Below, one piece after another: positions 25,285 to 33,790 of a stretch of 39,770 bases of DNA. This DNA comes from an archaeon. GTDB lineage: Archaea > Micrarchaeota > Micrarchaeia > Anstonellales > Bilamarchaeaceae. A model generated the notes under the pieces. The model was not told the origin of the DNA. It searched no databases and was given only the letters and a program-made list of their open reading frames with translations. The DNA is taken from assembly GCA_020052735.1 (NCBI GenBank), contig JAGVON010000046.1, positions 1-39,770 of the forward strand. The letters run 5' to 3'. How positions within the stretch are numbered: position 1 is the first letter of the stretch; every line of letters begins with the position of its first letter. Both the position numbers and the translations under genes were made by a program.

Positions 25285-27138
25285 ATGGGAGGAAAAATAA
25301 TAATCAGCCCGGTTTCTGGCGCGGCGGCAAGGAAAGCCATCAGGGCTGCGGGCGGCGCGGGTTTCGGGTGGGCGTATCTGGGGGAGGACGTATCAAAACT
25401 TATTTTCCTGGAGAAGGCCATTGGAACCGCGGGGAAGCACATTGAGATGGCGGGGATGCTGCAGGGAATCGCAGGGGAATTGCGCGGCCCGTATATAGAG
25501 TATATCGGGAAACTCAGCCGGGAAAACAATTCGCTGGCGTGGTGGGCTGGGCGGCTCTCCGAGAAAAATCCCTTCGTGTCAAAGGCCTTCCTCCATGCGT
25601 GTTATGCGAGGGTTTGCATTGACCTAGCTGGAGAAAGACAGGAAATCCCGCTGATATTCTTCGTTGAAAAAAGGGCAGTGAGGCAGTCCATACTGAAAAA
25701 TCTGCCTCAAGCCCCCCGGAACATGGAAAGCATCTGGGAACCGGCGGCCGGAATCATGGATGACATTTGGGGCCTTTTCGTGCACAAGGCATGGTTTCTG
25801 TTCTATAACATTTACCGCATAATCATCAGCAAATACGTTTATGGCATCCAGAAAAAGATCCGCGCGGGGGCGCCCCTCGTGCTGGTCCACACATTCATAG
25901 ACCAGCGTTCTTTCGGGGAGAATTCCGCGTACCATGAAAGTTATTTCGGAAAATTGGCCCCATACCTGGAAAAGAATGGGCAACGGGTGGCCATGCTCCC
26001 CCAGATATGGAGGACGGTCCCGTACCAAAAAACGATGCGTGACATGAAGAACTCGGAATACGCATTCCTGGTGCCTCACGCATTCCTGTCCATCTTCGAT
26101 ATCCTTGAAGTCCTTTTCGCCACCTTGCCCGGAATGCACAAGAGAATAACATTTCCCGCATTCGAAAAAATGGACATTTCGGATATCATGAAGGATGACA
26201 TGAAAAATGACTGGAAAGACAACCATGTTGCCCTGGCATTGCTCTATCGCCCCCTTTTCAGGCGCCTTAAGGACAAGAATATCCGGATAGACACCATGAT
26301 ATACACGTATGAAAACCATGCCTGGGAAAAAGTATTGTGCTCTTCAGTGCGGGAGTTCCACCCGGCGGCGCGCCTCGTAGGCTACCAGCATGCGGTTTTT
26401 TCCATGATGTCATTAAGCCATTTCTTTTCAAGGGATGAGGCGGGCATCATGCCATTCCCGGACAGGGTTGTCACCAACGGCAGGCATTTTCATGATGTAC
26501 TCATTAAGTCCGGCTATCCGGCGGACAGGGTGGTGGCGGGTGGGGCAATCAAGTATACCTCCCTGCTGGAGCAAAGAAAAATGGCCGGGCGCCACAAGCG
26601 GAAAAAACCCGTCATCCTGGTCACCCCCACCGTGGGCAAAACATCCATTGAGATGATAACGAAGGTCTTCGGGGCGTTCAGGCGCCTCAAGGAATACGAG
26701 GTAGTGATAAGGTGCCATCCCGTGGTGCCTGTTGAGATGGTAAAGGAATGCCTTGATTTTGATTTTCCGCCGCACATGCGTTTCTCCAGCAGGCCGTTCT
26801 CCGAATTGCTGGAAGAAAGCGACATTCTCATATATGCGAGCTCTGCAACCTGCCTTGAGGCAATCGCCGCGGGCGTTCCCGCTGTGCATGTCCAGTCCGA
26901 CCTGTCCCTGGACCTAGACCCGCTTGACGGATACCCGGAAGCGAGGATATCCGTACGGGACGAGGCCGGGCTGGCGGAAGCCGTGGAAAAGCTGCTGGGC
27001 ATGGGCGAAGAGGAATACAGAGGAAAACTCAGGATATGGAAAGGGATAAGCGGGGATTTCTTTGGCCGCGCGGATGATTCGGCTTTTAAGCTGTTTATCA
27101 GAAATAAAACCAACAAGAAAACGAGGATGCCTGCATGA
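25285..27138 (+). CDS. Large uncharacterised protein, putative CMP/CDP-donor GT-B transferase (orphan 2)
   Basis: 617 aa from the ATG at 25285; the tracked 25204 start overlaps the upstream gene. 'VGYQHAV' lies mid-protein. 'VIRCHPVVP' is followed by 'LIYASSATCLEAIAAGVP', with the first Ser 41 residues after the His. The stop overlaps the kdsB ATG (ATGA). Confidence 0.4.
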   Translation: MGGKIIISPVSGAAARKAIRAAGGAGFGWAYLGEDVSKLIFLEKAIGTAGKHIEMAGMLQGIAGELRGPYIEYIGKLSRENNSLAWWAGRLSEKNPFVSKAFLHACYARVCIDLAGERQEIPLIFFVEKRAVRQSILKNLPQAPRNMESIWEPAAGIMDDIWGLFVHKAWFLFYNIYRIIISKYVYGIQKKIRAGAPLVLVHTFIDQRSFGENSAYHESYFGKLAPYLEKNGQRVAMLPQIWRTVPYQKTMRDMKNSEYAFLVPHAFLSIFDILEVLFATLPGMHKRITFPAFEKMDISDIMKDDMKNDWKDNHVALALLYRPLFRRLKDKNIRIDTMIYTYENHAWEKVLCSSVREFHPAARLVGYQHAVFSMMSLSHFFSRDEAGIMPFPDRVVTNGRHFHDVLIKSGYPADRVVAGGAIKYTSLLEQRKMAGRHKRKKPVILVTPTVGKTSIEMITKVFGAFRRLKEYEVVIRCHPVVPVEMVKECLDFDFPPHMRFSSRPFSELLEESDILIYASSATCLEAIAAGVPAVHVQSDLSLDLDPLDGYPEARISVRDEAGLAEAVEKLLGMGEEEYRGKLRIWKGISGDFFGRADDSAFKLFIRNKTNKKTRMPA

Positions 27139-27878
27139 AAGTGATTTGCGTCATACCCGCAAGATACGGCTCCACACGGTTTGAGGGGAAACCCCTTGCG
27201 GACCTCTGCGGAAAAACCATGATACAGCGGACGTACGAGCAGGCCGCGAAATCAAGAACAATTGAACGCATATACGTGGCTACCGATGACGAACGGATCA
27301 GGGAAAATGCCGAATCTTTCGGGGCGGACGTGATAATGACCTCCAGCAGGCACGCTTGCGGCACTGACAGGATAGCGGAGGCGCTGGGGCATATAGAGGG
27401 CGAAGACGGCGACGTGGTGGTGAACGTCCAGGGGGATGAGCCCCTTATCAGCCCGGATGCGATAGATGCCGTGGTGGAGCCGCTTCTTGAAGATTCCGCG
27501 CTGAACATGGCGACACTGGTCACAAAAATCATGGACAAAACGGAATACGGCGACCCGAGTGTGGCCAAGGTCGTCAGGGACAAGGATGGATATGCATTAT
27601 ACTGCTCAAGGTCCTGCATCCCGCATTCGGAAAAGGGGCACCGGGCGGATGCATACAAGCAGCTGGGCATTTATGCGTTCAGGAGGGGCTTCCTCATCAG
27701 GTTTTCAAAAATGGAGCCCACCCCGTGCGAGGCCGCGGAGAAGCTGGAGCAGCTGAGGGCCCTGGAAAACGGCTTCAGGATGAAGGCCATAGAGACGGAT
27801 TTTGACGCGCCATCGGTCAATACTCCGGAAGACCTGAAAAAGGTGGCGGCGATAATCCGGGGCCTGCCAAAACAATAA
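27135..27878 (+). CDS. kdsB: 3-deoxy-manno-octulosonate cytidylyltransferase (CMP-Kdo synthetase)
   Basis: 'MKVICVIPARYGSTRFEGKPLADLCGKTMIQRTYE' and 'VNVQGDEPLI'. Confidence 0.9.
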   Translation: MKVICVIPARYGSTRFEGKPLADLCGKTMIQRTYEQAAKSRTIERIYVATDDERIRENAESFGADVIMTSSRHACGTDRIAEALGHIEGEDGDVVVNVQGDEPLISPDAIDAVVEPLLEDSALNMATLVTKIMDKTEYGDPSVAKVVRDKDGYALYCSRSCIPHSEKGHRADAYKQLGIYAFRRGFLIRFSKMEPTPCEAAEKLEQLRALENGFRMKAIETDFDAPSVNTPEDLKKVAAIIRGLPKQ

Positions 27879-27880
27879 TA

Positions 27881-27888
27881 TTATATAA
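27881..27888 (+). promoter_or_regulatory. TATA-box-like element, leaderless-type spacing, internal to the Kdo block
   Basis: 'ttatataa' is centred about 28 nt upstream of the kdsA ATG at 27913, in the 34-bp kdsB-kdsA gap. Confidence 0.45.
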
Positions 27889-27912
27889 GAACTCCATCCA
27901 ATATATCCGTAT

Positions 27913-28749
27913 ATGGGCACTATTTCGCAGAAGGAGATTTTGCTGGATGATTTCAAAATCAGCAATGACGGCCCAATCGTATTGATAGGCGGCCCCTGCG
28001 TCATAGAGGGCGAGGAGCACGCCATCTCCATGGCAACGCGGATATCCGGGATTGCGGAGGAATTCGGCTTCCCGTATATCTTCAAGTCGTCTTTTGACAA
28101 GGCGAACCGCACCTCCATAAAATCCTACCGGGGGCCCGGCTTTGACGAAGGCCTGAGAATCCTGGAAAAGGTGAAGAGGGAGGTGGGCGTGCCCGTGCTC
28201 TCGGACGTGCACGAAATCGGCCAGGTGAAAAGGGCGGCGGAGGTGCTGGATATCCTCCAGATACCCGCATTCCTTTGCAGGCAGACCGACCTGGTGGTGG
28301 ATGTCGCCAAGGCGAACACGATAGTGAATGTAAAGAAGGGGCAGTTCCTGGCTCCGTGGGACATGAAGAATGTCGTGGAGAAGATAGAGTCGCAGGGCAA
28401 TTCCAGGATAATGCTGACAGAAAGGGGCGCTTCTTTCGGGTACAACAACCTGGTTGTGGACATGAGGTCGTTGGCGATAATGAGGGGCTTCGGCTACCCC
28501 GTCGTAATGGATGCGACGCATGCCGTGCAGCTGCCCGGGGGCATGGGATGCACCACCGGCGGCCAGAGCGAATTTGTGCCGTGCCTGGCCAGCGCGGCGG
28601 CTTCCATCGGCATAGCTGGCCTGTTCATGGAAATCCATGATGAGCCCGGGAAAGCGAAATGCGACGGGACCAACATGATTGACCTGGAGGCCCTCAGGAA
28701 GATACTTGAAAGGGTGAAGAAAATAGATTCAATAGTGAAACAGAAGTGA
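27913..28749 (+). CDS. kdsA: Kdo-8-phosphate synthase, Cys-containing (metal-dependent) type
   Basis: 'LIGGPCVIE' has Cys where the metal-independent E. coli type has Asn. Also '[20 protein letters not shown]' and '[13 protein letters not shown]'. Confidence 0.9.
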   Translation: MGTISQKEILLDDFKISNDGPIVLIGGPCVIEGEEHAISMATRISGIAEEFGFPYIFKSSFDKANRTSIKSYRGPGFDEGLRILEKVKREVGVPVLSDVHEIGQVKRAAEVLDILQIPAFLCRQTDLVVDVAKANTIVNVKKGQFLAPWDMKNVVEKIESQGNSRIMLTERGASFGYNNLVVDMRSLAIMRGFGYPVVMDATHAVQLPGGMGCTTGGQSEFVPCLASAAASIGIAGLFMEIHDEPGKAKCDGTNMIDLEALRKILERVKKIDSIVKQK

Positions 28750-28755
28750 TGGGCC

Positions 28756-29718
28756 ATGGACTACGTTGAAGAGGGGAAAAAAGTCATACTCCAGGAAGCC
28801 GAGGGCTTGTCCGGAGTTGCGGAAAAGCTTGATGATGATTTCAGGAAAGCAGTGGATTTGCTCCATAACTGCAAGGGGCGGATAATAGTAGTCGGGATGG
28901 GCAAGTCCGGCATAATCGGCAGGAAGATTGCGGCAACATTGGCGAGCATAGGCGCCCCCGCATTCTTTTTGCATCCTTCGGAAGCGGTCCATGGGGACCT
29001 CGGCATCGTTACGAGGGAGGATGTGGCAATCCTGCTGTCCAAGAGCGGCGAGACCGACGAGATAAAATGCCTCCTCCCGAACCTCAAGTCGCTTGGGATA
29101 CCGACCATCGGGATTGTCGGGGATTTGGAATCAACCCTGGGGAAAAAGTGCACCGTCAAATTAAACATCTCCGTGCCGAAGGAGGCGGACCCAAACAACC
29201 TTGCGCCAACCACGAGCACGACCGCCATGCTGGGCATGGGCGATGCGCTTGCGATGGTCCTGCTGAAGCTCAAGCAGCTCAGGCCGGAGGATTTCGCGCT
29301 GCTCCACCCCGCAGGAAGCCTGGGCAAGAGGCTGACGGTGAAGGTCGGGGACCTGATGCGCACTGGGGACGACATCCCCATGGTCCTGCCGGATACCACG
29401 GTCAAGAACGTCCTGTTCAGGTTTACGAAGACGGGGATGGGGGTGGCTGCGGTGGTTGATGAAAAAAACGGCCTGCTGGGCGTATTCACGGATGGGGACC
29501 TGAGAAGGCTCATGGAAAAGGATACGGACTGCCTCGGCATGGCGATATCGGAAGTGATGAAGCGCGACCCGAAGAAGGTTGTGGACGGCGGGCTGGCGTT
29601 TGACGCCCTTAAAAAAATGGAAGAGTCCCACATAACCGGCCTGATCGTGGTGGATGAAAAGAACGCCGTGGTGGGGATAATAAACATCTACGACGTCCTG
29701 AACGCGGGCATAAGGTAA
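28756..29718 (+). CDS. kdsD: Arabinose-5-phosphate isomerase (SIS domain plus CBS pair)
   Basis: 'GRIIVVGMGKSGIIGRKIAATLASIGAPAFFLHPSEAVHGDLG' and a C-terminal tandem CBS region. Confidence 0.9.
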   Translation: MDYVEEGKKVILQEAEGLSGVAEKLDDDFRKAVDLLHNCKGRIIVVGMGKSGIIGRKIAATLASIGAPAFFLHPSEAVHGDLGIVTREDVAILLSKSGETDEIKCLLPNLKSLGIPTIGIVGDLESTLGKKCTVKLNISVPKEADPNNLAPTTSTTAMLGMGDALAMVLLKLKQLRPEDFALLHPAGSLGKRLTVKVGDLMRTGDDIPMVLPDTTVKNVLFRFTKTGMGVAAVVDEKNGLLGVFTDGDLRRLMEKDTDCLGMAISEVMKRDPKKVVDGGLAFDALKKMEESHITGLIVVDEKNAVVGIINIYDVLNAGIR

Positions 29719-29728
29719 AGGTGCGCTG

Positions 29729-30232
29729 ATGGGGAAAGGGGAATTGAAGGATATAAGGGCCATCGTGATGGACGTGGACGGCGTGCTGACCGACGGGAAG
29801 ATAATCCTGGGCAGCAACGGCACCGAGATGAAGTCCTTCAACGTGAGGGACGGCTTTGCGATAACGGCGGCAAGGCGGCATGGGATAAAGATAGGGTTCA
29901 TCACCAGCAGGAAAAGCGAGGCAGTGGAAATGAGGGGCAGGGAGCTCGGGGTGGATTACCTGTTCCAGGGGGTGGATGAAAAATTGGGCAAGCTTGCGGA
30001 AATCTGCTCTTCTGAGGGCATAACCATGCGTGAGGTCTGCTACATCGGCGATGACCTCATTGACATACCGCCGTTGGAAAAGGCGGGTTTCCCCGCGACC
30101 GTGGCAGACGCGCCCGAGGAGGTGCGCTCCCACGCCTCGTTCATCTCCAGCAAAAAAGGGGGGGATGGCGCGGTCAGGGAAATCATAGAGCACATCCTCA
30201 AGGGCCAGGGCAGGTGGGCCGGCAAGCGGTGA
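29729..30232 (+). CDS. kdsC: Kdo-8-phosphate phosphatase (HAD IIIA)
   Basis: 'IRAIVMDVDGVLTDGKI' and 'YIGDDLIDIP'. 167 aa. Confidence 0.85.
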   Translation: MGKGELKDIRAIVMDVDGVLTDGKIILGSNGTEMKSFNVRDGFAITAARRHGIKIGFITSRKSEAVEMRGRELGVDYLFQGVDEKLGKLAEICSSEGITMREVCYIGDDLIDIPPLEKAGFPATVADAPEEVRSHASFISSKKGGDGAVREIIEHILKGQGRWAGKR

Positions 30233-30241
30233 GATGGTCAT

Positions 30242-31090
30242 ATGGCATGCTATCTGTGCAAAAACGAGAATTCCGATATGATTTTCGACTACCATGCCAT
30301 GGACAAGTATGAAAGGGCGGTCGCGGAAGAACAGCCTGGATACTACCGGAAATGGGCGAGGTGCACAAACTGCGGCCTGATATATAGCACGTCTAATTTT
30401 TCCGCACCGATAGACGGGATTTATTCCGGCAAATACCGCTCTAAGGAATTCAGGGGCGAGGACCCGGAGGATTCCTTCAACAAAATCATGGGCCTCCCCA
30501 AGGAGCAGTCCGAGAACCACTACAGGGCAAATTACGTAAAAAATGGATACACGGGATTGAAATCAAATCTCTTCGGCGCCATAAAAAAACAGAAAAAAAT
30601 ATTGGACGTCGGGTTCGGCTTCTGCGTATTCCTCGGCGGTTTCCTCGGCGAGGGCTGGGAAGGGTATGGCATAGACCCGGACCCGCGGTGCTGCGAGTTC
30701 GCCAAAAACAGGCTAAAAATCAGGGTGTTCAACGGGCTTTACAAGAAAAACGCGTTCAATGAAAGGTTTGACCTGATAACCATAAACCACGTGCTGGAGC
30801 ACATAAAAGACCCGATAAATTTCCTGAGGGACATCCGGGGGGACTTGGAGGACGACGGGCTCGTCTATATAGAGGTCCCCGATGCGATTGAGTTCAACCT
30901 GCTCGGCAAAGACCATGACGAGTTCAATTCCTGCCACTATTACATGTTCAGCCCATCAACGCTGACCAAGGCCCTTGCGGGCGCCGGCTTCATCCCATTA
31001 AGCATCAAAAGGATCGCCACCCCGCGCAATTACAGGCGAATTATGCTGTTCGCCGCAAAGAACGATGGTGACAAGTATGATACCGGATAA
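30242..31090 (+). CDS. Class I SAM-dependent methyltransferase with N-terminal Cys4 zinc ribbon
   Basis: 'CYLCKN...CTNCGLIY' ribbon. Motif I is 'ILDVGFGFCVF', where the third Gly of GxGxG is Cys. Also 'INHVLEHIKDP'. Confidence 0.7.
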   Translation: MACYLCKNENSDMIFDYHAMDKYERAVAEEQPGYYRKWARCTNCGLIYSTSNFSAPIDGIYSGKYRSKEFRGEDPEDSFNKIMGLPKEQSENHYRANYVKNGYTGLKSNLFGAIKKQKKILDVGFGFCVFLGGFLGEGWEGYGIDPDPRCCEFAKNRLKIRVFNGLYKKNAFNERFDLITINHVLEHIKDPINFLRDIRGDLEDDGLVYIEVPDAIEFNLLGKDHDEFNSCHYYMFSPSTLTKALAGAGFIPLSIKRIATPRNYRRIMLFAAKNDGDKYDTG

Positions 31091-32018
31091 CAACGAAATA
31101 AGGTTTGAGGTCTCTACGAGATGCAACTACAGCTGCATCATCTGCCCCAGGGATAGCTTCTGCAGGCCGCTCGAAATAATGGGCACCGGGATGTTCAAGT
31201 CCATTTTTGACAAAATAACATCCGGGACAAACCAGTACAACACAATCACTTTTTCGGGTTTCGGCGAGCCGTTGCTGGACAGCGGCCTGGAAGAAAAAAT
31301 AAAATATGCGCGGGACAAAAATTTCGAGGTGCTCATCCTAACCAACGCCTCCCTCCTCACTGTTGACCGGTTCAGGAGATTTGACGACCTCGGTGTAAAA
31401 TCAATCAGAGTGAGTTTCTACGGGAACAGCCCGAAAGTGTACACGCAGGTCCACCGGCCGCCCAACCCGGACATGTTTTCCAGGGTGAGGGACAACCTTG
31501 TGGAAATATCAAAAATCAGGAAGAATACCAAGCTCCTGTTCACTTACAACATAATCAGCCAAGTGAATGACCACGAAGTCCAGGAATGGATAAAATTCTG
31601 GGAGCCGAAAGCAGACCTTGTGGAAGTTTGGAAGCCCCACAACTGGGTGGATGGGAAAAATTACCGCGAAGTCCAGGCAGAGAAGATGAATACCTGCGGC
31701 AGGCCATGGAAAGGGCCCCTTCAGGTCCAGATAGATGGCACGGTGAACATGTGCTGTTTTGACTACAACGGCCAATTGCTGCTTGGCGACCTGAACAAGC
31801 AGGGCCTTGATGGGATATTCTCTTCGGATGCGTTCAAGAAGATTGTGCGTTGCCACGAATCCGGGGATTTCGCAGGGAGCGGCCTGATTTGCGAGAATTG
31901 CGACCAGCGCAACAAGACCAAAACGGATGTAATGGTTTACAACTCAAAATTTGACGTGTCAAAAAGGGTCGGGAAGGTCTCCACCACGTACAGCGATTTG
32001 TCGGAGGATGCGAAATGA
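31077..32018 (+). CDS. Radical SAM enzyme with C-terminal SPASM/twitch-like Cys cluster
   Basis: 'STRCNYSCIICPR' (CX3CX2C). The C-terminus has 'CGRPW...MCCFDYNG...CHES...CENC'. ATG at 31077 has GGTGA 5 nt upstream; the tracked ATG at 31065 is an alternative. Confidence 0.75.
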   Translation: MIPDNNEIRFEVSTRCNYSCIICPRDSFCRPLEIMGTGMFKSIFDKITSGTNQYNTITFSGFGEPLLDSGLEEKIKYARDKNFEVLILTNASLLTVDRFRRFDDLGVKSIRVSFYGNSPKVYTQVHRPPNPDMFSRVRDNLVEISKIRKNTKLLFTYNIISQVNDHEVQEWIKFWEPKADLVEVWKPHNWVDGKNYREVQAEKMNTCGRPWKGPLQVQIDGTVNMCCFDYNGQLLLGDLNKQGLDGIFSSDAFKKIVRCHESGDFAGSGLICENCDQRNKTKTDVMVYNSKFDVSKRVGKVSTTYSDLSEDAK

Positions 32019-32045
32019 TTGCAAAGCCGCCCTTGGGGGGTTCCG

Positions 32046-32708
32046 CTAGCCACGGCCCGAAACCATCCTTTCGGCAATCTCAAAATCCGCCTCGTCGTCT
32101 ATGTCCAGCGCCTCGCGCTTGTCCATCTCAAACATGCACGGCTTCTTGCCTATCCTGTTCCTGCCTGCCATGAAGGAGGCGCGGGTGAAGAGGAATATGC
32201 ACGCATTTTCTTCGTAGAGCGGCTCAAGGTCCTGCGTGTTCTTCATAACGCCCAGGTCGTGGTTCACCGGCTTCGCGCCGGCGCCGTAGAACCTCTTGAG
32301 CATCTTGGTGACGGAGAAGAGGGAATCGTATTGCTTGTGCGAGGCGAGGAATTCTATCGCGCTGTCTATGGTGCCGCTCTTGAGGAACGGGTTGGTCGCG
32401 TGCGTCTGCAGGAAATGGTCGCCTTCCGCCTGGCCGAGGTCGTATTCTATTATGCTGTTCATGGGGACGGAGCCGCCCCTGAGATGCTCCGGCCTGTCAA
32501 TTACCATCACGCGGCTGAAGTCGCGGCTGATGGACTCCTTTATGAAATCGCTGTCCGTGTCCACGCATATTTCGGATATGTGCTCGCAGCTTTCAAGGGT
32601 GCGCAGGATGTGGTGGAAGAGGGGGACGCCCCCGAGCTCCCGTATGTTCTTGTTCCTGACCCTTTCGCTGTGCGCCTTCATCGGCACCAATGCGGTGAAT
32701 TTGTCCAT
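32046..32708 (-). CDS. Acylneuraminate (NeuA/PseF-like) cytidylyltransferase family protein
   Basis: 'MDKFTALVPMKAHSERVRNKNIRELGGVPLFHHILRTL'. ATG at 32708 has GGTGGGG 5 nt upstream. The tracked 32804 start would overlap the upstream gene by 85 nt. Confidence 0.65.
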   Translation of the reverse strand: MDKFTALVPMKAHSERVRNKNIRELGGVPLFHHILRTLESCEHISEICVDTDSDFIKESISRDFSRVMVIDRPEHLRGGSVPMNSIIEYDLGQAEGDHFLQTHATNPFLKSGTIDSAIEFLASHKQYDSLFSVTKMLKRFYGAGAKPVNHDLGVMKNTQDLEPLYEENACIFLFTRASFMAGRNRIGKKPCMFEMDKREALDIDDEADFEIAERMVSGRG

Positions 32709-32719
32709 AACCCCACCTG

Positions 32720-33790
32720 CTATCGTTTCCTGTCCTGGAGATACCTGGCCGCGCCGAGGAGCAATGCGCCATGCTTTGTGGGCGCGCCCTGGCAGGCCCT
32801 GCACACGGGCGGCATCGCGCCACCGTGCCTGATGGCCGCGATGAGCCCCCTGTTCCTCTCAAGTATCTTCCCCAATGAATCTTTCTTGATGTTCCCCATG
32901 CGCAGCCTGCCGTCATAGGCAAGGCAGCATGGCGCCACGGAGCCGTCACTCAGTATCCCGGCTATCCTTGTTCCGCACGGCCTGCCCGCCCTTACGGGAT
33001 GGAAGTCAGCAAGCCTCCTTCCATATATGAATTGCTTGACCTTAAGCTTGATGTTCCTCGCCAGCGTTATGCCGGTCTGGTCCAGATACCTGGGCGTGGC
33101 CTTGCCCAGCAACTCCACCGCCTTATTTTCGTCAAAATCAAAACGCGGGTCTCCCTTCAGCTCCCTGAAAAATGCGAGCAGGCCCGGTTTTATGTCATTA
33201 ATTGAGTCGGGCACGGACGGGTCCCCGCATTCCAGCCCCATCGCGGACCGCAGGGCCTTCTTTTCCCTGCCCATGAAATTGCATGCCACATCTATGGTGA
33301 TTTTTGAAGGGCAGCCCGCATCCAATGCGCGCCCAAGGAACGCGCGGATGCTCTCCTTGTATTTGCTGAATGGGTAATCTATGCCCCTGGACCTGAAGGA
33401 TTCCTCATCAATGGTCTGGAAGGAAATTTTTATGTAAGTGGGCGCGGCATCAACCAATCTTTGCTGTATCTCCCTGGATGAGAAGAGCAGGCCGTTCGTG
33501 ATGACCAGCACCCGGAAGCCCTTGTTTTTTGCGTATTTTATGAACTTGAATATCCGCCTGTCCAGCAGGGGCTCGTTATAGTGGCTCAGGCATATGTACT
33601 CCAGCTTTCCATCGCCCGGGTCAAGGGAATCTATGGCCTTGAACACGTCGCGGTCCGGCAGCGCGCCGCCCTTCTGCTTCCTTGTGGGGTATGCGCAGAA
33701 CAGGCATTTCATGTTGCAGTGCGGCTGGGTCTCTATCTGCAGTATGCTGAAGCCGTAATCGGATAATTTTATTTTTTTTGGCGCGGGCAT
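32720..33790 (-). CDS. Radical SAM enzyme with C-terminal SPASM/twitch-like Cys cluster
   Basis: 'QPHCNMKCLFCAY' (CX3CX2C). The C-terminus has 'CGTRIAG...PCCLAYDG...CRAC'. It looks paralogous to the 31077-32018 product. Confidence 0.75.
   Translation of the reverse strand: MPAPKKIKLSDYGFSILQIETQPHCNMKCLFCAYPTRKQKGGALPDRDVFKAIDSLDPGDGKLEYICLSHYNEPLLDRRIFKFIKYAKNKGFRVLVITNGLLFSSREIQQRLVDAAPTYIKISFQTIDEESFRSRGIDYPFSKYKESIRAFLGRALDAGCPSKITIDVACNFMGREKKALRSAMGLECGDPSVPDSINDIKPGLLAFFRELKGDPRFDFDENKAVELLGKATPRYLDQTGITLARNIKLKVKQFIYGRRLADFHPVRAGRPCGTRIAGILSDGSVAPCCLAYDGRLRMGNIKKDSLGKILERNRGLIAAIRHGGAMPPVCRACQGAPTKHGALLLGAARYLQDRKR

Noticed and set aside
28761-30520. Two long minus-strand ORFs (28761-29687 and 29609-30520)
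   Set aside because: They are antisense to kdsD, kdsC and the methyltransferase, all of which have clear motifs. Their translations are Ser/Pro/Arg-rich shadow-frame products.
32019-32918. 299-aa plus-strand ORF
   Set aside because: It is antisense to the NeuA-like cytidylyltransferase and the end of the SPASM radical SAM gene. It has no motifs and is a shadow frame.
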